Under the pieces are notes generated by a model. That model did not search any database and was not told the DNA's origin. It saw nothing but the letters and a program-made list of their open reading frames with translations. The position numbers were made by a program, and so were the translations under genes. 64,000 nt of DNA from an uncultured delta proteobacterium (GTDB lineage Bacteria; Desulfobacterota; Desulfuromonadia; Geobacterales; Pseudopelobacteraceae), in contig CAVYYZ010000002.1 of assembly GCA_963772835.1 (NCBI GenBank), positions 96,001 through 160,000 of the forward strand, written 5' to 3'. Shown one piece after another: positions 18,112-29,084 of the stretch; the first letter of the stretch is position 1; each line of letters starts with the position of its first letter.

Positions 18112-18897
18112 TCATTCGCGGCTGTTTTCCATGCTTCGCGTACTGTTCACACTTCCTGATTCCTCTCCGCCCCCTCCGATCCCGAGGTAACTCTCAATGA
18201 CTCGCGGATTGTTCGCAAGTTCACTGCTCGGTCCTTCCAGAGCAATTTCACCGTTTTCAAGAACGTATCCGTAGTCTGAGATCTGCAGAGCCGCACGCGC
18301 GTTCTGCTCTATCAGCAAAATGCTCACCCCGGTGGATCGCAGATCGCTTATGGTGTGCAGAATTTCTTTTACGATGAGCGGTGCCAGTCCCAGGCTCGGC
18401 TCATCAAGCATCAGCAGGGTCGGCTGGCTCATGAGAGCACGCCCCAGAGCGAGCATCTGCCTCTCGCCGCCGGAAAGACAGCCGGCAACCTGTGTGCGAC
18501 GCTGCTCCAGCCGGGGAAACAACTCAAACACCGTACCCAGGCTTTTCCGGATCCCCTTGTCGCCACGCCGGTACCGTATAAATGCTCCGAGTTCCAGGTT
18601 GTCTTCCACTGACATCTGCGAAAAAAGCTCCCGCGTTTCAGGGACCAGGCAGAGTCCCTGTGCAACTCTTTGTTCAATACTTACGTTTCCCATATCGATT
18701 CCACAGAATTCGATTGTTCCACGGGAGGGGAGCACACCCATAAGTGCATTCAGCAGGGTCGATTTTCCGGCTCCATTAGGTCCGATAACACTTACAATGG
18801 TACCTCTGTCAACCGTGAGCGAAGCACTGTAGAGTGCTTCGACTTTTCCGTAGCAGACATTCAGGCCGCTCACGGTGAGAAGTCGTTCCGGCATCAC
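18112..18897 (-). CDS. ABC ATP-binding protein (LivF-like)
   Basis: GPNGAGKST, LSGGERQMLA, MLDEPSLG. Confidence 0.92.
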   Translation of the reverse strand: MMPERLLTVSGLNVCYGKVEALYSASLTVDRGTIVSVIGPNGAGKSTLLNALMGVLPSRGTIEFCGIDMGNVSIEQRVAQGLCLVPETRELFSQMSVEDNLELGAFIRYRRGDKGIRKSLGTVFELFPRLEQRRTQVAGCLSGGERQMLALGRALMSQPTLLMLDEPSLGLAPLIVKEILHTISDLRSTGVSILLIEQNARAALQISDYGYVLENGEIALEGPSSELANNPRVIESYLGIGGGGEESGSVNSTRSMENSRE

Positions 18898-20645
18898 ACC
18901 CCTCCCAGATACGCTTCGAGAACCGCCGGATTCGATCGTATTTCCTGCGGCAGTCCTTCAGCCAGTTTTTCACCGAATTCCATGACGACAACACGGTCAA
19001 CAAGGTTCATCAAAAAATCCATGTCATGCTCAACAATAAGAACACTCAAACCCTGGCTTCTCAAGTCTGATAACAGTTCGGCCAATTCCTTCTTTTCGAG
19101 ATATCGCAAACCGGCCGCCGGTTCGTCAAGGAGAAGTAAAAGGGGATCTGCACAGAGAGCCCGGGCAATTTCAACAACACGCTGACTGCCTAGAGACAGG
19201 CTTCCTGCGGGAACGAACATGCTTTCTTCAAGTCCTACCCGTCGAAGCTGTCGCACCGCTTCCGCCCTAACCCGGTCATCCGATGACCGGTTCAGGCGGA
19301 AGCCCGCAGAAATAATCCCGTCGTTCGTTCGCAGATAGGCTCCAATCATGACATTTTCGAGCGTCGACATCCCGGGTATCAACCGGACATGCTGAAAAGT
19401 ACGACTGAGCCCGAGCCGTGCAATTTGGGGAGGGCGCAGACCGCTGATAGTGTGTGCTCCAAAATGTATGCTTCCCGCCGTACGGGGCACTTCGCCGCTG
19501 ATCAGATTAAACATTGTGGATTTTCCGGCTCCGTTGGGGCCGATCAGGCCGACAATTTCCCCGGATGAAACCTCAAAATTCATATGTTTTACCGCCATCA
19601 GTCCACCGTAGGCTTTTGTCACATCGGTCACCGTTAGCAGCGGTGTATTCCGTGGCGGCTGGGTACGAATATCCAGATCGGTTGATTCGGCGACAGGTCT
19701 GTTAGCTTTCGGCGGGAGCAGACGATCCACAAGAGACCAGATACCGCCACGCATCCATTGAAGCACCACAACGATCATGACACCGAAAACAATTATCTCA
19801 AAATTTCCTGACCGGCTGATCAGTTTCGGCAGAATACCTTGGAGTACCGTCTTTAGAAGCGTGATAACCGTCGCGCCGGTGATTGCACCCCAGAAGCTGT
19901 ACGCTCCACCAATTGTTATCATGAACAGGAACTCGATACCCTGATTGAGGCCGAACGGTGACGGATTCACAAACCGTTGCATATGGGCATAAAGCCATCC
20001 GGCCAGACAGGCAAGAAGCGCCGAATAAATGAACACAACGTTTTTCAGACGAAGGCCACTGGCTCCGAATGCTTCAACCATCGAAACCCCTCCCTTGAGA
20101 GCCCGTATCGCACGCCCCTCACGGGAGTCAAGCAGATTTGTGGAGATCCATAGCGCAACGAGACAGACACTCCATATGAGATAGTAGTAGAGCCGTTCGT
20201 CGCGGAGTTCCATGCCGAACAGCTTCAGCGCCTGAATATCAGCTATCCCGTTTGAACCTCCCAGAACCGGAATGGTGCCGAAAAGAAAATAGAGACTAAT
20301 CCCCCAGGCAATGGTTGCCAGAGGGAGATAATGCCCACCCATTCGCAGCGTGATTGCCCCGAGGATGAACGCAATTATCATCGTCAACGCCAACGCTACA
20401 GGAAGGGTCAGCCAGGGTGACCAAGCGAGTTGGGTGGTAAGCACCGCAGATGTATAGGCCCCGAGTCCCATGAACGAAGCCTGACCGAACGATGTCAGAC
20501 CGGTCACTCCGGTCAGCAGAACCAGACCGATTGCAACAATGCTGTAGAGACCGATGTAGCTCCCCATGGTGAGATAGTATGAAGGGAACATCGGAACGAA
20601 CAGCAGGAGCAGCAAAAAAAGTATAAAACCGATCCGGCGTATCAT
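18894..20645 (-). CDS. Fused ABC permease/ATPase (LivM-LivG-like)
   Basis: Hydrophobic N-terminal half (SFGQASFMGLGAY), then GPNGAGKST, LLDEPAAG, VEHDM. Confidence 0.92.
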   Translation of the reverse strand: MIRRIGFILFLLLLLFVPMFPSYYLTMGSYIGLYSIVAIGLVLLTGVTGLTSFGQASFMGLGAYTSAVLTTQLAWSPWLTLPVALALTMIIAFILGAITLRMGGHYLPLATIAWGISLYFLFGTIPVLGGSNGIADIQALKLFGMELRDERLYYYLIWSVCLVALWISTNLLDSREGRAIRALKGGVSMVEAFGASGLRLKNVVFIYSALLACLAGWLYAHMQRFVNPSPFGLNQGIEFLFMITIGGAYSFWGAITGATVITLLKTVLQGILPKLISRSGNFEIIVFGVMIVVVLQWMRGGIWSLVDRLLPPKANRPVAESTDLDIRTQPPRNTPLLTVTDVTKAYGGLMAVKHMNFEVSSGEIVGLIGPNGAGKSTMFNLISGEVPRTAGSIHFGAHTISGLRPPQIARLGLSRTFQHVRLIPGMSTLENVMIGAYLRTNDGIISAGFRLNRSSDDRVRAEAVRQLRRVGLEESMFVPAGSLSLGSQRVVEIARALCADPLLLLLDEPAAGLRYLEKKELAELLSDLRSQGLSVLIVEHDMDFLMNLVDRVVVMEFGEKLAEGLPQEIRSNPAVLEAYLGGV

Positions 20646-21679
20646 TCTTCTTCCTCGAAGTGCGTGCTGGACAGCGAACGCCAGAGCAGGACTGGAATAA
20701 TCAGGGTAAATACGATGACATCCTTGTAGCCGCTCAGCCAGAATGATGAGAACGATTCTGAAAATCCAACCATCAGGGCACCGGCTGCTGCCAGCGGATA
20801 ACTCGCCATGCCGCCGACGATCGCACCGACAAATCCTTTAAGACCTATCAGAAATCCGGAATCATAGTAAAGCGTCGTAATAGGACCGATAAGCACTCCG
20901 GACAGACAGCCGATGGCCGATGCCAATGCAAACGAAACGGTTCCGGCCAGATGCGGACTGATGCCGACCAGGCGGGCGCCATTGCGGTTAAATGCCACGG
21001 CCCGTAACGCTTTTCCATAAAATGTATTGTTGAAAAACCAGGCCAGTAGTGCAATGAACACGAGACTGGTTGCATAGACCCAGAGACTTTGTCCGGACAC
21101 GGAAAGTGTGCCGAGCATCACGTGAGCATCGGAAAACGGAGGCGTTCTCACCCCTTCCGCTCCGAAGAACAAAAGCCCCAGACCGACCAGCACAAAGTGA
21201 ACCGCCACTGCCGCGATAAGAAGCACCAGAACAGTCGCATCGGCAAGCGGTCTGAAGGCCACTCGATATATGAGAGGGCCGAGCGGCATCACAATCAGCA
21301 TTGTCAACAGCACCTGCCAACCGAGAGGGAGATGCAGCGGTGTGCAAATTTTTACCAGAGCGGCAATAGCAAGCGGCGGCACAAGTAAGGAAGCGAGCGA
21401 CCTGGGCAGTTGCTGTTTCTCACCAGCCGCGAGCAGCCTGAACGTTTCCATGACGGAAGCCATGCCGGCAAGTATAAGCAGCAGCCAGACAGTACCCGGC
21501 ATAATTCCCATCTGCAGGCTTGCAAGAGTCAGTGCTCCGTAGGTGACGAACTCCCCCTGGGCAACAAAAATCACTCTCGTTACCCCGAATACCAGTATCA
21601 GCGACAACGCCAGCAGCGCATAAATTGCACTGCTGGTAACTGCATCCTGGGCAAGTATCAGAAGAATCTGCACGTCCAT
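20642..21679 (-). CDS. ABC permease (LivH-like)
   Basis: YALLALSLILVFGVTRVIFVAQGE; GLKGFVGAIVGG. Confidence 0.92.
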   Translation of the reverse strand: MDVQILLILAQDAVTSSAIYALLALSLILVFGVTRVIFVAQGEFVTYGALTLASLQMGIMPGTVWLLLILAGMASVMETFRLLAAGEKQQLPRSLASLLVPPLAIAALVKICTPLHLPLGWQVLLTMLIVMPLGPLIYRVAFRPLADATVLVLLIAAVAVHFVLVGLGLLFFGAEGVRTPPFSDAHVMLGTLSVSGQSLWVYATSLVFIALLAWFFNNTFYGKALRAVAFNRNGARLVGISPHLAGTVSFALASAIGCLSGVLIGPITTLYYDSGFLIGLKGFVGAIVGGMASYPLAAAGALMVGFSESFSSFWLSGYKDVIVFTLIIPVLLWRSLSSTHFEEEE

Positions 21680-21718
21680 AAGTACCTTTCTTTGCGACGC
21701 TACCTGTAGCTCTCTGTA

Positions 21719-23566
21719 TTACGAAACAATAACTACATCGGGACCCGGCTTTGCTCCGTACAGCTGCTCCACATGGGCTTCCCGCCGTTCCAATGCCGCT
21801 CCCTGATTGATATACCCTTTATCTGTGATTTCATTGGCATCGATTGTGGGCGGGTGGATCATGAACATGAAGCGACGAATCCGGGTTGCCGACCCGATAT
21901 GAGTTACGTTGTATTCTGCCAATGCCTGACGGAGGCGATCATTCACCTCTTTGCTCTTCACCAGCTCTTCAACTGTCAGAATGCCAGCGGTATCGTGACA
22001 GATCTCCCTGCAGCCCGCCACGCTCGGCCAGGCAAGAATTCCGACATATTCCCGATCATGCCCCGCTACCAGTGCATCCTGCAAAAGAGGAGACGCAGCT
22101 GTCAGGACCTCCAGCCTGGTCTTGCCGACATGAACCCAGGTCCCCGTCGCAAGTTTGAAATCCTCTGCAATCCGGCCCGCAAAAGTAATCCCTTTGCCCG
22201 GACACTCCGGATCGGCGAACATTCCTGCATCACCGATCTTGTAGAATCCATCGGCATCAAATGCATCCCTTGTCAGATCAGGTCGGTTCAAATAACCGGG
22301 GGTAACATTCGGCCCCTTGACTCTCAACTCGAACTTTTCACCGCTTGGAACCATTTTCAGAGTGACTCCCGGACATGGAAGCCCGATTACACCGGCCCTG
22401 TCAATGGGAAAATGAGCTGATGTAGCAAGCGGAGATGTCTCCGTAGAACCCCATGAAGAGGTCATCGGCACCTTGCGACCTGTTGCCAGAATTGCCACGG
22501 ATTCCAGCCGCTGCCACATATCCTGCGGTAATGCCGCCCCCGCATAAAAAATAAGTTGAAGATTTTTGAAAAAATTGTTCCGGAGAGCCTCGTCTTTCTC
22601 GAGGTGCGGGAGCAGCATGCCGAAACCGGCCGGAACGTTGAAATAAATTGTCGGTGAAATTTCTGCCAGGTTGTTAACGGTCTTCATCACCATCCCCGGG
22701 ACCGGCTTGCCTTCGTCTATATACAGGGTACCGCCGGTTTTAAGGACCAGATTGAAATTATGATTTCCTCCAAAGGTATGATTCCAGGGAAGCCAATCGA
22801 CAAGAACCGGAGGAGTCTCTTTCGTAAACGGCCATAATTGCGCCAGCATTTGCTGATTCGCACAGAGCATGCCGTGGGTATTAATAATTCCTTTCGGCTG
22901 TCCGGTGGACCCGGACGAGAACAGAAGCTTGGCAACAGTCCGTGAATCAACTTTCGCAAAGGCTTCATCCACCTGCCCGGTAACCGTCGTCTCAAGTAGG
23001 CGTGAAAAAGACGACGTCGAAATGCCGTCGACCTCTCCATCCTTTATGACCACCTCAACACCGGAGAGGTCCAGGGCAGACAGAGCGCGTGAAAACATGG
23101 TTCCGTTTTCAACGTAGATCAACGCCGGCCTGACTTCTGAGAAAATAATCTTCAGCTTGAAAAAATTATCACTCAGAAGTGAATAGGCTACCGAAACCGG
23201 GGCAACCGGAACCCCCGCGACAAGTCCCCCCAACATGACCAGGGCGTGGCTGATGGAATTGCCGGAGAGAATCATGACCGGTCGTTCCGGACAAAGTTTC
23301 CGGTCAATAAGTGCCTGGGCAATCGAATTCACCCGACGGGCCGCCTCATCGTACGTCAGTCGACTCCACTGTCCGGAAGCCCCCCGCTCTCCAAGAAATG
23401 TCCTTTCCGGAGTCTCTTTGGCCCAGCGTCGCAACAACACTCCGAGACTTTCCTCATATGGTTCGAGCGGCATGGGTGAACTGAGTATAAACCCTCCGTC
23501 CGGGGTTTCCTCCACGGTGACTGACGCCGGGGCAAAGTCAATAGGGGCATAATCGGCTTGTTGCAT
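21719..23566 (-). CDS. fcs: Feruloyl-CoA synthase-like aryl/acyl-CoA ligase
   Basis: FSSGSTGQPKG, DWLPWNHTFGGNHN, WGSTET, GRIAEDFKLATGTWV, NEITDKGYINQ, characteristic of the Fcs subfamily. Confidence 0.85.
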   Translation of the reverse strand: MQQADYAPIDFAPASVTVEETPDGGFILSSPMPLEPYEESLGVLLRRWAKETPERTFLGERGASGQWSRLTYDEAARRVNSIAQALIDRKLCPERPVMILSGNSISHALVMLGGLVAGVPVAPVSVAYSLLSDNFFKLKIIFSEVRPALIYVENGTMFSRALSALDLSGVEVVIKDGEVDGISTSSFSRLLETTVTGQVDEAFAKVDSRTVAKLLFSSGSTGQPKGIINTHGMLCANQQMLAQLWPFTKETPPVLVDWLPWNHTFGGNHNFNLVLKTGGTLYIDEGKPVPGMVMKTVNNLAEISPTIYFNVPAGFGMLLPHLEKDEALRNNFFKNLQLIFYAGAALPQDMWQRLESVAILATGRKVPMTSSWGSTETSPLATSAHFPIDRAGVIGLPCPGVTLKMVPSGEKFELRVKGPNVTPGYLNRPDLTRDAFDADGFYKIGDAGMFADPECPGKGITFAGRIAEDFKLATGTWVHVGKTRLEVLTAASPLLQDALVAGHDREYVGILAWPSVAGCREICHDTAGILTVEELVKSKEVNDRLRQALAEYNVTHIGSATRIRRFMFMIHPPTIDANEITDKGYINQGAALERREAHVEQLYGAKPGPDVVIVS

Positions 23567-23606
23567 TGGTTTTCTCCTCCCGGCGTTTTATGATGTCCTC
23601 TGCAGG

Positions 23607-25367
23607 TTATAAAAAAAACTTTCCCGAATCCTGTGCCGCGTCCGCCAGCAACTGTTTGGCTTCAAGCAGACCTTCTACCGGATAGGCAGTAAGCCTGGCA
23701 GCAAGCATATGCTGTTCAATAATCGACTCGCTCTTCAGTAGGTAGGCAGAACAGCGGCCTGCGGCCAGACAAAACTGTCCGGCCTGTTCAAACGCGACCA
23801 CTTTGAGTACCGCTACAAGCCGCTCTTTCCTGTTCTCACTGGCGGTCACGCACACTTTACTGCCTCTCAAAATCACACTTTCCAGGGTAAATATGCAGAT
23901 AATCATGTCGGCAACGGCCAGCATAACCTCCTGAGTATCTCTGGCCTGGGCGGCGGAACCAAGAACCATCAAAAACAGTTTTTTCAGATTGGCCAGCAGG
24001 ATAAATTCAAGCCTGAACAATCCTCCGCTGCTGCTTGAAACTTCTCCATATTTGAGTTCAGTCCTGGCCGCGTCAATTTTTCCGGGGAGATCAAATACAC
24101 CGTTCTCTGATTTGCGAAACAATAAGGTTGGGATAAGGATTCTGTTAATCTCATTGGTGCCTTCAAAAATCCTCTGGATCCTTTCGTCACGGTAATAGCG
24201 TTCGGCAGCATAATCGCAGATATAGCCGTATCCTCCATGAATCTGCACCACTTCATCGACTACTCCAGCAAGCATATCAGTACAAAAGACCTTTGCTATG
24301 GCGCATTCAATTGCATACTCCTCAATTGCCTTCTGGTACCGCTCATAATAATCCGCCCCCCCCCTGTCCAGGGTTGCTATCCGGGCATCAAGCATCCCGG
24401 CTACGCGGTACACCACAGAATCCGAGGCAAAGATAGCTGCAGTCATATCCGCCAGTTTTTCCTTAATGGCTCCGAAATCGCCAATTACGCGGCCGAATTG
24501 TTTTCGTTCCGCAACATAAACGGCGGCCTCGGCAAATGCTCCCTTGGCCATACCGCCGGCCGTAGCGGCCACCTTCAACCGTCCGACATTAAGAACATTG
24601 AAGGCTATTTTATGCCCTTTGCCCGGTTCTCCGAGCAGATTTTCCACCGGCACCATGACATGGTCGAGAAAAACCTGAGCCGTTGATGAGCCCTTCAATC
24701 CCATCTTTTTTTCCTCATCACCAACGGAAAAACCGGCATATCCTTTCTCGACAAGAAAGGCAGAGAAGTGCGTGCCGTCAATCTTTGCAAAAATGGTGAA
24801 AAGATCCGCAAAACCGGCATTGGTAATAAACTGTTTGACACCGTTCAACACGTAATACCGGCCATCCTGAGTCAGGGTGGCAGTCGTCCGGACGCTCAGG
24901 GCATCACTGCCGCTGCCGGGTTCAGTCAAAGCGTACGCTCCAACCCACGTTCCGGACGTAAGCTTCCCGAGATAGCGATGCTTCTGCTCCGTTGTACCGT
25001 AATAAATGAGCGGAAGAAGCCCTATGCCGCTCTGGCCACCATAGGTAATTGAAAACGATCCGGTCGGGGCGATTTTTTCCGCAAGAAGCATGCTGGTAAC
25101 CTTATCAAGCTCCAAACCGCCAAAATCCTCGGGCACATCAACGAGAAACAGTCCCAGATCGGCACACCTGCGCAACTTGGCAACAACGAGTTCAAAATCC
25201 TGCTGTTCCATCCTGTCAAAATCAGGCAGCACTTCCTTCCTGACGAATTCTTCGGTGGTATCTGCAAACTGGCGCTGTTCATCAGAAAAATCTTCCGGTG
25301 AAAAGGTGCTCGTACCTGCCGCGTCAGTCAGCAAAAAACCACCTCCCGCCGCCGAATTACCTTTCAT
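23607..25367 (-). CDS. Acyl-CoA dehydrogenase (long, Bacillus FadE-like)
   Basis: GGGFLL...FSPEDF, YALTEPGSGSD, KMGLKGSST, QIHGGYGY, RIFEGTNEI. Confidence 0.92.
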   Translation of the reverse strand: MKGNSAAGGGFLLTDAAGTSTFSPEDFSDEQRQFADTTEEFVRKEVLPDFDRMEQQDFELVVAKLRRCADLGLFLVDVPEDFGGLELDKVTSMLLAEKIAPTGSFSITYGGQSGIGLLPLIYYGTTEQKHRYLGKLTSGTWVGAYALTEPGSGSDALSVRTTATLTQDGRYYVLNGVKQFITNAGFADLFTIFAKIDGTHFSAFLVEKGYAGFSVGDEEKKMGLKGSSTAQVFLDHVMVPVENLLGEPGKGHKIAFNVLNVGRLKVAATAGGMAKGAFAEAAVYVAERKQFGRVIGDFGAIKEKLADMTAAIFASDSVVYRVAGMLDARIATLDRGGADYYERYQKAIEEYAIECAIAKVFCTDMLAGVVDEVVQIHGGYGYICDYAAERYYRDERIQRIFEGTNEINRILIPTLLFRKSENGVFDLPGKIDAARTELKYGEVSSSSGGLFRLEFILLANLKKLFLMVLGSAAQARDTQEVMLAVADMIICIFTLESVILRGSKVCVTASENRKERLVAVLKVVAFEQAGQFCLAAGRCSAYLLKSESIIEQHMLAARLTAYPVEGLLEAKQLLADAAQDSGKFFL

Positions 25368-25507
25368 TGTGATGCCCCCGATTAATTTTGCACTTCAAAC
25401 GTTTGTTTACCTTTTTTACAAGTGCTAACATGCTATGCGTTAAGTACTTTTTTATATTATTCATACGCTGGATCGCGGAAATATATAAAAATTATGGTAT
25501 AATGTTT

Positions 25508-25523
25508 TGCATGCAGTATGCCA
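25508..25523 (-). promoter_or_regulatory. Sigma54 (-24/-12) promoter of the ACAD-fcs-ABC operon
   Basis: Minus strand TGGCATACTGCATGCA has exact GG-N10-GC spacing; about 140 bp upstream of the ACAD start; adjacent to a sigma54 activator gene. Confidence 0.75.
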
Positions 25524-25741
25524 CAGATTTAATTTTTATAAAATAGAATATAACTACATATTATTGTAGTCTTTTTTTATTAAAACGTTTTTTCTATTTT
25601 ATTCTTTATGCAACAAAAACTACTTTATTTCGGAGTTTTGCTACTCGCGGGGCATCTGAAACGGGGCAAGTTCCTGCTAACTAGCCGGAAAACAGGGGAG
25701 AATACGGGGCGGATGTGTAGTACGGCGGCATCTCAACGGCA

Positions 25742-25774
25742 TACGATATTTCGGACAAACTACGACATTTCGGA
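25742..25774. promoter_or_regulatory. Tandem putative enhancer (UAS) boxes TACGAYATTTCGGA
   Basis: 25742-55 TACGATATTTCGGA and 25761-74 TACGACATTTCGGA; pseudo-palindromic; 220-250 bp upstream of the -24 element. Confidence 0.65.
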
Positions 25775-27739
25775 TGTACCGTCATTTCTCCTGATGAACA
25801 GTTTTTTCATTTTTGAATCGAGAGTAGTCGGCTTAAGCCCGAGAATTTCTGCGGCACCGTTTGTACCCCGCACGCGCCACCTGGTCCGGTCCAATACTGA
25901 AATTATATGGTTTCGCTCCACCTCTGCGATATTCAGAGACGAAACAGAAACGGCAGCAGAGATATCCGGCACGTCAACGATCAGGCTGGGGCCGTTACTC
26001 AGAATCATGGCCCTTTCCACCACGTTTCGCAGTTCCCGGATGTTGCCCGGCCACTGATAGTGTTCCATGGCTTCCATACTTTTTCTGGGAATCCGTTCGA
26101 TTTTCTTATCGAAGTTCCTGCTGAACTCCTCGACCATTGCCCAGACAAGAAGAGGAATATCTTCACGTCGATCACGTAACGGTGGAACTGAAATGGGGAA
26201 AACATTCAAGCGGTAGTAAAGATCTTCTCTGAATCTGCCTTCTTTGACCGCCAGAGCAAGATTTCTATTGGTTGCTGCGATCACACGGATATCGACATCA
26301 ATCGGGTGCGGGTTACCGAGACGTTCAAACTGTCCTTCCTGAATTACCCGTAACAGCTTGGCCTGAAGTTCCAAAGGCAGGTCACCAATCTCATCAAGAA
26401 AAATAGTTGAGCCGTTGGCAGCTTCAAAACGGCCGATCTGTTTCGTTACGGCCCCCGTATAGGCACCCTTTTCGCGGCCGAACAGTTCGGCTTCGATAAG
26501 CGCGGCCGGCAATGCAGCGCAATTGACCTTAATCATTGCCCGGTTCCTGCGCGGACTTGAGTTGTGAAGGGCTCTGGCAATCAGCTCTTTACCGGTGCCG
26601 GTCTCTCCGAGAATAAGAACCGTGGAGTCGGTTGCCGCAACCTGCTCCACTCGTAATAACACTCTTTGGATCAGGTCTGACCGGCCGATTATCTCTTCAT
26701 GCCTGTACTCAATATTGATCTGATCCCGTAAATAGAGATTCTCCACCTCAAGCCGGTCTTTCAGCATCTCTATTTCAACAAGCGCCTTTTGGATTTTCTG
26801 GTCGGCACGTTTCCGTTCAAGAGCGTTGGTAAAAACGTCCCACAACAACCGAAGACGGTTGATAAGCTCTTCAGGCCAGGCTCTCTTGACACCGTAGGAA
26901 ACGAACGTTATGAATCCAACAACTACCCCCCCTACACTGGCAGGAAGAAACATGATCGATTTAATGCCTCCCTGCTCCTTGCAATACTCCTTCTCCCTCC
27001 ACTGACTCTCAGGGAGCTCATCTACATCAGATATTTCAAAAATTTCACCATGAAGCACCATCCCTTCCCACACGGGGACCATATTGGAAATCACTTCTGG
27101 AGGTGGCTTGATCCCCGGCATGGCAAACGAATGAGTGCAGAGCATCTTCCCTTCAGGGCTGACTCTCCAGACAGTACTCCGGTCAAATCCGAGGAAATCA
27201 ACTATTCTTTGCAGACCCTGTTCGATCTTTCCGTCCACCTCACTCACGTGTACATTTATGAATGCGGCTGACAAGTCAGAGAGAAGGGCTTCAAACTTCA
27301 GTCGCTCGACCTGGACGCCCTCTTTTGTCTTTTGTTCGGTTATATCCTGGACAATCAGGGAGCATCCGTTCACCGGACCGTCAGTAGTTTTAAGTGGATG
27401 GCAGCAGACAAGCCAGGTCCTGTTTTTGGGAGGGTTGCTCTGCTCTGCACTGTGGATAACGACTTCTGTCTCCACAAAAGATCTGTTCTCGGCAATCGTT
27501 CTCCTTAGCAGGGGCTCAAGTGCGGCGGCGACTTCGAGATCAACGTTTCGGATTGACCGGCCGGTAATAAGATGGCCTGGAACTCCGACAATAGCTGCCA
27601 TACGATTATTCACGTGCCGGTACCGCAGCCCATCGTCTAAAATAGAGAGGCCGAACTGAACCGGTTCAAACATCCGTTCCAGACGTATGAACCTGCTGAA
27701 ATAATATTCAGTTTCACCGTGATTCTGTGTAGATGTCAT
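25760..27739 (-). CDS. Sigma54-dependent activator, PAS-GAF-AAA+-HTH (FhlA/HyfR-like)
   Basis: [48 protein letters not shown]. Confidence 0.92.
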   Translation of the reverse strand: MTSTQNHGETEYYFSRFIRLERMFEPVQFGLSILDDGLRYRHVNNRMAAIVGVPGHLITGRSIRNVDLEVAAALEPLLRRTIAENRSFVETEVVIHSAEQSNPPKNRTWLVCCHPLKTTDGPVNGCSLIVQDITEQKTKEGVQVERLKFEALLSDLSAAFINVHVSEVDGKIEQGLQRIVDFLGFDRSTVWRVSPEGKMLCTHSFAMPGIKPPPEVISNMVPVWEGMVLHGEIFEISDVDELPESQWREKEYCKEQGGIKSIMFLPASVGGVVVGFITFVSYGVKRAWPEELINRLRLLWDVFTNALERKRADQKIQKALVEIEMLKDRLEVENLYLRDQINIEYRHEEIIGRSDLIQRVLLRVEQVAATDSTVLILGETGTGKELIARALHNSSPRRNRAMIKVNCAALPAALIEAELFGREKGAYTGAVTKQIGRFEAANGSTIFLDEIGDLPLELQAKLLRVIQEGQFERLGNPHPIDVDIRVIAATNRNLALAVKEGRFREDLYYRLNVFPISVPPLRDRREDIPLLVWAMVEEFSRNFDKKIERIPRKSMEAMEHYQWPGNIRELRNVVERAMILSNGPSLIVDVPDISAAVSVSSLNIAEVERNHIISVLDRTRWRVRGTNGAAEILGLKPTTLDSKMKKLFIRRNDGTSEMS

Positions 27740-27765
27740 AATTTCAATGTATTCCGTTTGCTCAT

Positions 27766-28197
27766 TTAGCCTACTGGCGGCTCAACAAGGTAGATTTCCA
27801 TTCCGGATCGGATATCAGCGGGAATATTACGGGAGGAAACTCCCGCAGCGACGAGATCAACAGACACCAGGACCGTTTCTATTGAGAGACGCTCCTCACC
27901 TTTGCAGCTGGCGCTGACGCATAATGTGAGTGACCTGGTCCCAAGCTTGCGCACCTGGAGTGACCATTCGAGCACGTCATCAAGCCGGCTGACATTTTTA
28001 AAGGCAACCGTCATGCTGACCGTCGGAACTCCCAGTTTACGCTCATGATGCAAGTTGCCCCAAGAAACTCCCAGCTCTTCCGAGAACCAATCCTCTATCA
28101 GCCGGTTGAGCATCAGGAAATAGTTGGGATAAAAAACTATTCCGGCAGGATCACAATCTTCAAACCTGACTTTAAAGGAGCGGGTAAAGCGCGCCAT
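27766..28197 (-). CDS. Acyl/aroyl-CoA thioesterase (4HBT hot-dog fold)
   Basis: VRFEDCDPAGIVFYPNY. Confidence 0.88.
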   Translation of the reverse strand: MARFTRSFKVRFEDCDPAGIVFYPNYFLMLNRLIEDWFSEELGVSWGNLHHERKLGVPTVSMTVAFKNVSRLDDVLEWSLQVRKLGTRSLTLCVSASCKGEERLSIETVLVSVDLVAAGVSSRNIPADIRSGMEIYLVEPPVG

Positions 28198-28253
28198 GAG
28201 TACACCTTCCTCGGGAAAAGCAGTGCAGATTTTAAAAGGATATCCGTTTTCTT

Positions 28254-29060
28254 TTACAGCTGCTTACGTGCAACAAGGCTGCCGTAGGAAATAGAACCGA
28301 AAAAGCTGCCGGAGGCTACCCTCCGGCGGGCCTCGTTTTTGAGAGCCTGCGCCAGTTCGGCGCCGATTCTGTCGCTTGCTGCAAGTATATTTGCACCTCG
28401 ATCAGCAATGGTAAGCATATAATCGGGTTCACCCGATTCAACGATACCAAGGCTTCGCTGCTTCACAATTGAGAATCCTGCGCCCTGGACAAGAGCCGGC
28501 AGACGCTGAATTAACCAACGGTCATGCACCAGAGCCGCCATTGCAGCATCCGCACACGCCTGCAGCGGATCGAAATCACCTGTTGCAAGGGTTGTTGTCG
28601 TGTAATTGCCGTCAAAAACCGCAAGGATCCCGCCTGGTCGGAGTACCCGGCAGGCTTCCTTCAGAGCATCTTCCGGCCGGGGGACATGACTGAGTGTTGT
28701 ATGGAAGAATACCGCATCGTGACTGCCACTTTCAAAGGGAAGTGAACGACCGTCTCCCTCCACAAAGCTCAGGTTTTTGTAATCAACTGCCAGTTTCCGC
28801 GCAATTGTCAGAAATACGGGTGACGAATCGAGCCCGACAACATGCCCGGACTCCAGACGACGCGCAAGTTCCCGGCCCACCGCACCGGTTCCACAGCCAA
28901 CATCAAGTGCGGACGTTACAGCAGAAAAGTCAATATCAGCCAGATATGTTTTGAGCATATCACGCTGCTGTGGATCGGCAGCCCGCAGTTCCAGGACGTT
29001 CGCCAGATGTTCCTGAACATCGTGTGCCGCATCGGCTATGGTACTGTACACATCTGCCAT
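28254..29060 (-). CDS. Class I SAM-dependent methyltransferase
   Basis: LDVGCGTG, GLDSS, GDGRSLPF, RVLRPGG. Confidence 0.88.
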   Translation of the reverse strand: MADVYSTIADAAHDVQEHLANVLELRAADPQQRDMLKTYLADIDFSAVTSALDVGCGTGAVGRELARRLESGHVVGLDSSPVFLTIARKLAVDYKNLSFVEGDGRSLPFESGSHDAVFFHTTLSHVPRPEDALKEACRVLRPGGILAVFDGNYTTTTLATGDFDPLQACADAAMAALVHDRWLIQRLPALVQGAGFSIVKQRSLGIVESGEPDYMLTIADRGANILAASDRIGAELAQALKNEARRRVASGSFFGSISYGSLVARKQL

Positions 29061-29084
29061 TCCGGCCCCCTCTGCATAGACAAC

